Assembly: GCA_028534125.1 (NCBI GenBank)
Contig: CM052816.1
Location: forward strand, 25,794,001-25,858,000
Direction: 5' to 3'
From: Lama glama
Taxonomy: Eukaryota
Length of the DNA: 64,000 nt
Shown here: positions 1-10,100 of the stretch, piece after piece
How the letters are laid out: each line of letters begins with the position of its first letter
How positions within the stretch are numbered: the stretch's first letter is position 1
Translations under genes and position numbers: made by a program
Notes under the pieces: model-generated
Seen by the model: only the letters and a program-made list of their open reading frames with translations
Told to the model about the DNA's origin: nothing
Databases searched by the model: none

Positions 1-2159
1 GGCAGGAGGTGGGGGTGGGGTGCAAATGGAGGGTGGAGATGTTGGTATGGAAGGAAAATGCTTTAGTTTATCAAAAATGGTTTGGGTTAAAGATGTGATT
101 GAATTGGTCATACGCCTCTATCTTTGACCGAGTGGGGTTTATTAAAAAGGTTTAAGAATTAGGGTTAGTTGTTGAAGTTAAGGTTAGATTAGATTATTTA
201 AGTACTAAGAAGCCCAAACTTGGTTTTAGTTACACTAAATCTATGCTGCAGACCCTGTGATTTGCTTTCTCCAAGGAAGTGTGTTGGAGGAGTGCTTCTA
301 CCTTTTCAAACTTTATCAGGTCTTTCCAAGTCCAGTTGTTTTAAGAGCTAATCATTGATTTTTCCAAGCTGATATAACATATGGGATAGCCAGGGGCTTC
401 GCTTCTGAAGGCTGAAATGTAGGTGATACTCCAGGGACACAGGAAGTGCCTAAGAATGATCTGGTCCATTGAGGGACCACTCGTCTAAAAGAAGACAAGT
501 TAAAAATTAATGTGTATCTCCCGTTATCAGTGGGACACACACAAATGGTAAAATCTGTACATTCAAAAATATAAAACAAATATCAAAGTTAAAATAGAGG
601 AGAAGTGGATATCAGATATCTAATTTGCCCCATTTTACTTGTTAATGTGTGGCTTTGATTTGAATGTCAGTCTATTTAGGAAGTTGGAAGGACTAGTATA
701 GACTGCATTCCTCTAGTTTATATACCCCAGTGAAGGATGGAAACTGCTGTATATTACTATTTGCAGCATCAAATCTAGTTCATCTTGGGTAGTGAAACAA
801 CTAATTGGCATTTTTAAAAAATGAACTAAATATACTGAAAGCTCAACACGAATCAATAGACATTACTTAAAACATGTGACATAAATATTTTTATTGATCC
901 GCAAAGTCATCGCTGAATATTTACATCATAAGCTACCTTCTGCTAGCTCTAATTCACTTTGTATGTCCATTTGACTCAGTTAAGACACATTCTTAAATTG
1001 CAATTGTCATGTGGAAATTACAAAGCCAGTGGTACTGGGTCTTTAAAACTTGGGATCATGACGCTTTCAAATATATTCAGAGTACCCTTTGACTTAAAAT
1101 TTTCCATATTACAGCTCCTAAAAGTGATAGAAAATAACGATGAAAAATTCAAACTAAAAGTACTCTAAGGGCTTAATGTATATAAATACATTAGCTTAAG
1201 TATATTAGCTGTTACAGGACAAATGCTGAACTTGTTACTTCATATTAACCTATCTTGTCCTGTGACCTCAGAGTCTCATTAACTTGGTTGTTGGCATTTG
1301 TCCTACAATAAATTCTAAAATATTTTTGTGTTCTTGGTGGATTGCACCATGCAGGGTTCAGAGGACTTTGACACCCGCCTCTTCCCGATAGTGTTAAAGA
1401 TTTGGGGTAAGGGGAACTCTCAGAATCGCTTGGTTTAATAATAGTACTGGAACTATTTAACGAGTTAATCTTCCTAGTGTATTTATCTCCCCTAAATAGA
1501 TTTTTTTTTAAATGAGGCTGGCCCGAGGTGTTAATATTGTTGGTTGGGACCTTATTTTATTTTTTATTTTTTTGGAGCTGCTGAGGACAAGGTGGAAAAG
1601 CCTTGTTACTGATTCCAGGGAAGAACCTTTCACGTAGTTGTGGTTAAATGGTTGCCAGCATTCACACTTCATTGCTTGTGGACCAGAAGACTGGAAACAA
1701 AAGGGTTACTTGTTTCCCCACCACCGCCTTCACCCCTAGATCGATTTTTCTTATTTAATCAGCAAGTAAAATGAGAGACACAGGGAAAAAAAAAAATTGG
1801 AAGAAGAGTAAAGTGGTGGGGGAGGGTTGAAAGCCAGAAGCTGCAATACAGAAAATCAGTCTTGGGAGTTCGCGCTGCCGAATCCTTGCAACGCGGAAGG
1901 GAAGCCAGCAAAACGCTTCGTACGGCCAGTCTCCCTTCTCTCCAAGCTACGCGCTAGTGGCTCATTTGGCTTCCCTCAGCCACCGAGCGATCACATACAT
2001 TATTTCCCCCAAGATAACACAGTCAAACTTGTATTTACCGACATCCTCTCCTCGCAGCCTGTTTGAGATTTGTTTTAATAAATAAGTGTTTTATGTGAAT
2101 GATGTAGTAATTGAAACGGGCGCACCATTTTTTTTTCATCTTACTGCAGGAGGTTCCTC

Positions 2160-2340
2160 AACCCCAATCTGGTTGGAAAATAAAACGCTTTGTCTCCACA
2201 ACCACCCCCCACCGCACCCCCACCCGCTCTCAGTGTGTGTTTTATACGTGTGTATATCTCAACCCCCTACAGTAGCCAAGAGAAAGCAGCTAGCCAATGA
2301 GAGAGCCCAGTTTCATAAAAGCTGCTCTCTGATTGGCCGG
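2160..2340 (+). promoter_or_regulatory. Candidate distal promoter (CCAAT boxes plus TATA-like CATAAAA)
   Basis: CCAAT at 2164-2168 and 2294-2298, reverse CCAAT (ATTGG) at 2332-2336, CATAAAA at 2314-2320, C-rich CACCC boxes ~2200-2226, locally raised CpG from ~1870. Followed by a consensus splice donor at 2681. Confidence 0.55.
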
Positions 2341-2344
2341 ATGA

Positions 2345-2680
2345 GAAAGGGCAATGGGAACAAAGAAAAGTCCCTTTCAGGTATAGAGGCTGAGAGCTCC
2401 TTTTGCTCCACTCCCCCTGTGTGTGTTGTGTTTCAGTCCTGATTTCAGTGTTGCAGAACAAGCTTGTGTGTGTGCACCAGGGGGATTTTTCTTTTCTTTT
2501 CTTTTCTTTTTTAATTTTTGCTTTTATAAAAAATACACAGGACGGTCTGTGACATTTGATGGTCCATCTTCTTTAATAATAAATTTGTTGAAGAGATTAT
2601 AATTTCCAAAATAAAGCGGCTGCAACCAAACACATTCAATGCAGTTAGAAGGAAAAGGTCAACTCGATCCAATACAGACC
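2345..2680 (+). other. ZNF608: Candidate alternative non-coding first exon of ZNF608 (5' end approximate)
   Basis: Ends at ACC|GTAAGT (intronic hexamer 2681-2686 is the perfect consensus), downstream of promoter-like motifs. The TSS cannot be determined from sequence. Confidence 0.5.
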
Positions 2681-3899
2681 GTAAGTACGGTTGCGTGGTG
2701 TGTCTCTATATAGCACTTAGCGGGGACTTCATGCAGGGGAATGTGCGAGTTTTATGCATTGAAATGAGGAACTAGTTACAGGGTTTGGCTTTTGCATTGA
2801 GAACAACAACCCAAGAAGGGTGAATTTTTATTCAGTGCAGGGTGAAGCATTTGTAACTTCTTCACACAAATTAAGCTTGACTGGGCACTCGGGGTAACTT
2901 AGAGTAAATTACCTTTTGGGCTCTAACCCAAGGAGAATAAAAGTGACACAGTTACAAATCCTGATATGCAGTGTCCATTCTCTAGCGCACCTCACTCCTC
3001 CCTCTCCTATCCTAGTTGGGCAGGACCCTTTTCCAAACCGAGCCAGGAAAATGGGGGCAAGGGCAGAACAAGTCGATTTCTGTCTCTTGTCACATCTAGT
3101 GCCCAATAATTTAATATTAAACAAGGGAATAGTCACCCATTACATGTAATGGTTATAATTACCATTTTCCACCTCCTTAAAAAAGCAAGCAGCAAAAACA
3201 CCATTAAGGGAAAAAAAAAAGCCCCACCCAACCCAAACAAACCCACAGATAGTAACAATGGTGTGTTTATTACAGGACCTGGCTTGGGAGCTAGCAAAAT
3301 GTTTTTCTTTGTTTAAGACATGACGGGGGTGGGGGATCCCTAAAGTCCGAGTAGCTTGGCGGTGCCCTCCCCCCTCGCCTAGTCGTCCCCATCCCTGGCC
3401 CCTTGGGAAAACCGACAAATTGGAGATAAGTTGAGGAAAGGTTTATAAGGTGTTTCTTTAAAACATCTGCTTTGCTCTTGTGCTCATTACATTTCACTCC
3501 TTCCGAACTTCCGAGAGCCTAGATCTGCGAGAAATGTTTCACATTCATAACTTGTAGCTGCTCCCACTGCAAGGGGGGGGGGTGGCGGGGTGGGGGGAGA
3601 GTGTGTGCAGGGGGAGGGGAGAGACCTTCAGCTTTTTTTTAAAGACCAGATCAGTATTTTCTTGATACGCTTGTCACCATTTTTGTTCTCACGACAACCA
3701 ATTGAGCCCTTGATCCTCACGTGATGTGAAAGGCTTGCACTGTAACAAAATCGCTCCTTTTAGATGGTTGGTTGTTGCTAACTCACCCATCCCCCTCTCC
3801 CAGCCCCGACATTTCCAGCAAAGCGACTCTCCACTTCCAATCCATCAACAATTCATTACTGCTTTTAGCTTCCAAACGCCAGCTAATTAAAAATACTAA

Positions 3900-4500
3900 G
3901 CCAAGCTCCGGGGCCATCTGACTAAACACAGGAGGGGGTGGCTGAGGGAGGAGGAGGAGAGAAAAATAAGTAAAAGGGAGACGCACCGTTTGCCGCGACT
4001 ATAAATGGGAAAAACTGTCCTGAAAAAGGTCGCCTTAGAAAAAAATCTTTTTTTTGACTCTAATTATCGAATTACCACATGACTGATTGGCTTGAGCGAC
4101 AGCGGATTTTTTTTTTCCCCCTCAGGGACTATACTAGGAACTCGGTTCCTTTTTCTTGAAACAACATAAAACAGGAAAACATCACATCCTTTAGGTTTCG
4201 AAGACTGAACCAATTTTAAACGCCGTTATTTCCCCCACCCTGCCGCCTCCCGCCCCGAGCGAATGCTGTTATAACTGGTTTATCAGTTCACTGAATCATC
4301 TGCTTCCCCCCCTTTTTTTTTCTCCTCTAGCTCGTTTTCTCATCCCACCCTTTCCTCCTCCTCCTCTTCCCCACTCCATAACTGCCCCCCCACCCCACGT
4401 CCCCCTCCTTTCCTCTTAAGTTAGTTCAAGAAATCAAATCTGTCAGGACGGGCGGAAAAATGCCACTTCCCGACTAACAGGCGGAATCCAGCCCAGATTT
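3900..4500 (+). promoter_or_regulatory. Candidate proximal promoter region
   Basis: TATAAAT at 4000-4006, reverse CCAAT (GATTGG) ~4085-4090, GC box CCCGCCCC ~4249-4256, GGGCGGAAA ~4450, long pyrimidine tracts. Lies upstream of the donor at 5016. Confidence 0.5.
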
Positions 4501-5015
4501 TCAGTCCTTTCTTCTTATTCTTTCTTCCCTTTCACTAATTTATCCCGATGTTAGCACATTCTGTCTTGTTACTAGCGGACGCCTGTAGGTTTGCTACATG
4601 GGATCATTACTTACTGATCACGGTGACTCTGAAGTCTGGAACTGAAGGCGGAATGAGAAGTTGGGAAAACTTTTTTCTCTAAGCTCTCTCTTTTTTAAAA
4701 ACTATTATTCTCGATGCTTGTTAAGAGGGAAAAAAACCCTTTGGTGCTTCTGTTGTGAATGTGAAACATTATCTTCCAGCTGTACAATGACACATTTTTT
4801 TTAAGGAGAAAAGGACTGATCCGTTTGCCAAAAGGGGGGGTGGGGAGGTGGAATAATGTTATCGAGTGATTATTCTGGCTGAGATGTGTTATTTGGTTCC
4901 TTCCTTCTTGATCATTTGGTGTTTAAGTAAAATGAGGCACAGGCTTGTTTGCCGAGTGGAGTGGGAAAGGCATTTTGATTTGCTGGCCTAATTAAAAAAT
5001 GATAAAGGATTAAAG
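4400..5015 (+). other. ZNF608: Candidate non-coding exon 1 of ZNF608 (5' end approximate)
   Basis: Ends at the strong donor AAG|GTAAGC (5013-5021), giving a 1009-nt intron to the acceptor at 6024. The start is not resolvable. Confidence 0.6.
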
Positions 5016-6024
5016 GTAAGCAATGTCTGTGTGTGTGTGTGTATGTATATTTATTTATTTTTTCTTGACAATCAACTGTTAAAAAGGGGCTGATCCCTTT
5101 TAAAACCGTTTTAACTGATCTTTGTCAAACACACACTCATTTGCGGTCATTGAGGCCACCTTGGCGCAGATCACTTAAAGTGTATGTCTTAATCAGTTGC
5201 CTGTACAGTCAGTAGCACCATATTTAACAGCTTGAGCAAGTCTGTGACCTGGGAATACGGTAGAATTGTTTAGATGTGATTTTTTTTCTTCAAAAGGCAG
5301 ATATTTGCCTTTCATTTAACACTTTTTTTTTAAATAGAGAAATGCTCTTAAAGACATGTGTGTGTATATTTCAAAAATAAAATTGTATAAACTGTTGGGG
5401 AAGAAAGGATAGGAGGGGAATATTTGTATGGAGGGGGGAGATTATTGGATTTTTGTTCCTGTTCCTTACTGGGAACAAAATACAGATTGCCCAGACAATT
5501 TGTAAAAACAAGTAATAAAATTAGAAATGAAGAAAATTTAGTAACATCATTCTGAAACTGGCCTCAGATAACTTCCAGGGTCTGGTCTTTTAAAACTGCA
5601 AGATCTAGGACATGTTTAAGGATGTTTGAAGTGTGTTCCTTCCTCTTGTCTGAGTGTTCAGGCTGTGTTTCTGGGGTTGAGTTATATGTATGTTCTAGAA
5701 AAAAAAAATCCTTAACTCTTTTTTAAAACCTTTCTGGAGTTGACTCAGATCCTTAAGATATTTTAATGCCTTTTAAGAAGTGATTATCCTTGTGTTCTTG
5801 ATAAAGGGTTTTCTTTTGTAGCTACTGTAAGATGCTTACTGGCATGGGTATGTTTTTCGGGTATGGTTATTTTCTTTTAAACCTGGTATTGGACTGTGGA
5901 GACAATACATGAGCCACCTTACTCTCCATCCTTCCCTGTACCCCTTACTGACTCCCCAATATTAATCGTTTTTTATTCTGGTAACACCCAGACAAGAAAT
6001 ATTCGACTTTTCCCCCCTTCACAG

Positions 6025-6208
6025 GAAAAGGTGGACCTGGACTGAAGGGTGTAAAATCCCTGGACACATTCCTGGGGCAGGAAAAAGAAGAGGAAGATTA
6101 GAAGATTTTTTTTTTTTTAAAGAGAAAACCCAGCGGAGCTAAACGAATGTCCCCTCATCTCCAAAGGAAAGTTCATCGGATTTTTATTCTAGAGAGCTCA
6201 TCTTCAGG
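6025..6208 (+). other. ZNF608: 5'UTR portion of the ZNF608 start-codon exon
   Basis: Preceded by the polypyrimidine tract and acceptor CTTTTCCCCCCTTCACAG (ends 6024). Runs 184 nt to the ATG at 6209 (context caggATGt, A at -3). Confidence 0.8.
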
Positions 6209-6680
6209 ATGTCAGTGAACATTTCTACGGCAGGAAAAGGTGTGGATCCAAATACGGTTGATACATATGACAGTGGCGATGATTGGGAAATCGGGGTTGG
6301 AAATTTAATAATTGATTTGGACGCTGATTTGGAGAAGGACAGACAGAAATTTGAAATGAATAATTCCACCAACACCACTACCAGCAGCAGCTCTAAGGAT
6401 TGTGGAGGTCTGGCCTCCAGTGGGGCCGGCGCTACCGCAGCCTTAGCTGATGGCCTAAAATTTGCTTCTGTTCAGCCCTCGGCTCCCCAGGGGAATTCAC
6501 ACAAAGAGACCAGCAAATCAAAAGTGAAAAGGAGTAAAACTTCTAAGGATGCTAATAAATCTCTGCCTTCTGCTGCCTTGTATGGGATTCCCGAGATCAG
6601 CGGCACTGGCAAGAGGCAGGAAGTCCAAGGGCGCCCTGGAGAGGCAACTGGCATGAATTCAGCGCTGGGTCAAAGTGTGA

Positions 6681-6712
<32 letters not shown>

Positions 6713-7129
6713 AACCCGAACAGCAATAGTATCAGCACCGGCACCTCCGCTGCTACCGCGGGGGCGGCCGCCTGTGGGAAGAGCAAAGAGGAGAAGCCAG
6801 GTAAAAGCCAGAGCAGCCGAGGCGCCAAGCGGGATAAGGATGCGGGCAAATCCAGGAAGGACAAGCACGACTTGCTTCAGGGCCACCAGAATGGCAGTGG
6901 CAGCCAGGCCCCTCCCGGGGGGCACCTCTATGGCTTTGGGGCCAAGAGCAATGGAGGTGGCGCGAGCCCCTTCCACTGCGGGGGCACTGGGAGTGGCAGC
7001 GTCGCGGCTGCTGGGGAAGTTAGCAAAAGTGCCCCGGATTCAGGGCTCATGGGAAACTCTATGTTGGTAAAGAAGGAAGAGGAGGAGGAGGAGAGCCACA
7101 GGCGAATCAAGAAACTGAAAACTGAGAAG
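6209..7129 (+). CDS. ZNF608: Zinc finger protein 608, first coding exon (codons 1-307, ends phase 0)
   Basis: Translates [50 protein letters not shown]...[20 protein letters not shown], recognisable as the ZNF608 N-terminus (ZNF609 starts MSLSSGASGGKG). 921 nt ending at donor AAG|GTAGGA (7130), joining in frame to 46538. Confidence 0.97.
6683..6712 (+). repeat. Pure (GGC)10 coding trinucleotide repeat (poly-Gly)
   Basis: Ten uninterrupted GGC codons between AGC (Ser, 6680) and AAC (Asn, 6713). Confidence 0.97.
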
Positions 7130-10100
7130 GTAGGATAAAGTCGCCTTCCTCGATCTCCTGCTTTCCTCTTTGTGTGCATTTGTGTGAGTGTGTGTGTCGG
7201 GGGGTGTGCCTCTGTGTGCCTTACACTTCTTACTCGTGCCTTCTGGTTCTTTGTGAGATTTCTCTTCTGTGCATCCTTTCCGTGAACATTGGATATGGGT
7301 GAGCTGACCTGGGGGCCGTGTTTAGCTCTTGCTTCTGCTGCTGCTGCTCGTGGTGCTCCTGTTTGGGTCCCCAGGTGGGAGGGCTGTGTGTTCTAAGCAC
7401 CTTTTACCCTGCAAAGGGGCTCCTGGCCAGGCAAGCTGGTTGCGGTGTGCTTTTAATAGACAACCTGCTCCTGTGCCCACTTAACTCTTGTCCTGGTTTC
7501 TCCCCTAAGGAGAACTGTCTTCTGTTTTAATTTTCACGTCGGAGTATTTCTGGTAATGTGTCCTTAGGTGCAGGGTTCAGGTTCCCTCCTCGGAGAGGTA
7601 TGTCGAGGATTCTAATTTACGCAGTACCCTCCACCCATTTATTTTTTTTGTGATGTTCTCCAAAATAGTTCCATCAAAGGATAATCATCCTGTTATTGGT
7701 CCTGAATTAAACCTTGGTTTCCTAGGGTCATTGGTTTCCTAACTGTGTAGAAAGAATGGAATGGTTTTGGTGGCTGCTACGACTCTCTCCTTGTTCCCTG
7801 GCCTAGTTCTTAGCTGGTGATGTTATCACTTGGATTTCTAGATTGACCAGGGAGCTGGAAGGTTAGTAAGAAAAGTGAGATAGACTTGATGGATTGGTGT
7901 TCTGAAATGTGGAGACATAGCCAAAAGATACTAGAAATATGTGTTGCATTTGAACGTTGGGGAGTGTTGATCTAGGAATTTTGGACCTTTCTTTCCATCT
8001 TTGTCATTGAAAGTCTAGTTAGACACTGCCTTTGAAAAATTGCCCCCACTGTTGTGCTCCTTAGTTCTGAAGGCTGAGGACTTACTGGTCTGGCAATTCT
8101 TGTGCATTAAGTAACATCCCAGAACTGAAGACTGTTCTGTCCCCGGAGCAGGTTGGGAATGAGCTGGGGGAGTGAGCGTTGTTTCTGTAAAATTAATCTT
8201 CAGCTTAAATTTAGATTGTGCCTTGCCGAAGCAAAATTCCTATCATGTGGTCTGTGGCTTAGTTGTCTGGATATATGCTTATTAAATAATTTGATTTTTG
8301 CTATTTCTAACTTGATCAGAATAGGGAAATGTCTTTGGGTGATTATTGCTGTGTAAAGTAACTCACTGCTCTGTTTAAACCTTTTTAGTTTTGTTTCCAT
8401 GTGTTCAAGATTTAAATGGGAGTACAGGAAGAAAGTTTTGACTTTAATGATTTGAGAAGTTGATGAAGGTATATTAAAGTGCAAAAGCCTCTGAACGCTT
8501 CACTTCTTTTATTCTTAGCCCTTTGGTCAGACAGCATTTTGCATTGATGAATTTAAATGTGTTTACAAAAAAATCCAGGTTTCGATTCTAACACTTAATG
8601 TGTAGTTTCACATAATTTCTGTTAAAAGGCATTCTGAAGTCTTATTAGTACAGTAGGGCATTTACTTTTGTTGCCAATAGTCTTCAAATTGCAGTTCTAA
8701 TCTGCTCTAACTATCTAGATGAATTGCCCTAATCCAGTGCTCACAATGGCTGTGGTTAAGGAGTCAGAGCCATTTGATTGGATTCACTGCTGCCTGGAAT
8801 GTGGGAGGTACTGCCCTTTTGCATTCCCCTTAGCCTTTTAATCTTCCAGCCAAATGTTCACATTCAACAATTTTGTTTAGCTGGCAATCGGAACATTTCA
8901 GTATCTCAAAGGCTGCTGTCATGGCAACTGAGATTAGAGCGTGGTGTCGGTTCTCCAGTTTTTGTATTCTTTTCACTTTCCAGTCACAGAGGAAACTGGA
9001 TAAAAAAAAATGGAAGAATTAAATTATTCATATACATGCAACTCATCTCCAGTCAGAGCAGCATAAATGTGATAGTATGAATTACATAAATGAAGAGCAA
9101 ACAAGTCATGATGGGTCTGGCGTGGGGGAGGGGAGCAAGCACAGTGCATGTAGAGTCATGGCTACTGGTGTGGTCACAGGGACCCGTGAGGGATGGCCAG
9201 GAGGGGCTTGAATCCTGGGGTGTTGGCCATCCTCTGTCTAGCTGGGGTATTGGCTCAGGCTCTGGAACACTATTCCTTCCGGCTTTCCTCCCTACCCCCA
9301 CCCCACCCCAGGAGGACTTTTCTTAAGAATGCTTTCCTCCTTGGGACACAGAGATGGCACTCCCTTGTACAAACACCACTCAAGGAAGTGACTCTAATTC
9401 CACCAACTCATGGTTGTGTAAAATTTGATTTTAATTTAGAAGATCCTACCTGCTGATGAGAGGATACCTCTTTCTGAGGGAAAGATTTAGTAGCACAAGC
9501 TTTACCTGACAATAATTCGACACTGAGGCATCCTTGGAGAATGGTTTCTTTGACGTTTGGTTCAATGTTTTAATTTCAGCCTTGCTTGCTTATCTGGGTT
9601 TGTAAAGAGTCAATATCTCACAAGTGAAGATGATTAATTTTCAGCCATCAGATGTGGCTCACGAGGGGCCAAGTGCAAAAACCAAAGAGGGGTGTAATGG
9701 GGTGTGTGTGCTGGCTTTTTCTTTTTTCCTCCCTGGTTGGATGGTTCACAGAAGATTCATAAGACTTGCTGTCACCGGTTACTTTTCACAGCATGCTTAA
9801 ATGTCAATTTTTGGTCTGTTTATTCTGTTTCTTCACTGCACAAAGTCATGTAAAACATGATAAATTGGACCTTATGAAACCTAATTAAATCAATGAGTGT
9901 TCTACTCCTTTATGTGGAAACCACAAGTATGTTGTAAAAGTCGCCACTCCCTTAATACGTGAACAAAATCAAAACATGCCATAATACTAAGATGTTTGAG
10001 CTATATTTCTATAGCCCATTTTGTGGTTAAGCCACCAGTGGCATGTCTGAATAAGTAGATTTGACGGGTTGGCTTTTGGTTGTTAAAACCTGCTTCTCCA

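Noticed and set aside
60..230. TTAGGG-like degenerate sequence (possible interstitial telomeric repeat)
   Set aside because: Only one perfect unit (TTAGGGTTAG 159-168). The rest is G/T-rich low complexity or an unidentifiable old repeat.
7130..7138. 309-aa ORF ending ...KVG* as a single-exon gene
   Set aside because: The last two codons and the stop are read-through into the intron past the AAG|GTAGGA donor. The protein continues at 46538.
6472..7179. Antisense and alternate-frame ORFs over the first coding exon (poly-Ala, poly-Pro, poly-Ser products)
   Set aside because: Expected shadows of a GC-rich coding exon and its GGC/GAG repeats, with no independent support.
8060..8130. Possible pre-miRNA hairpin (AGTTCTG...CAGAACT)
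   Set aside because: Only the basal 7 bp pair cleanly. The rest needs large bulges.
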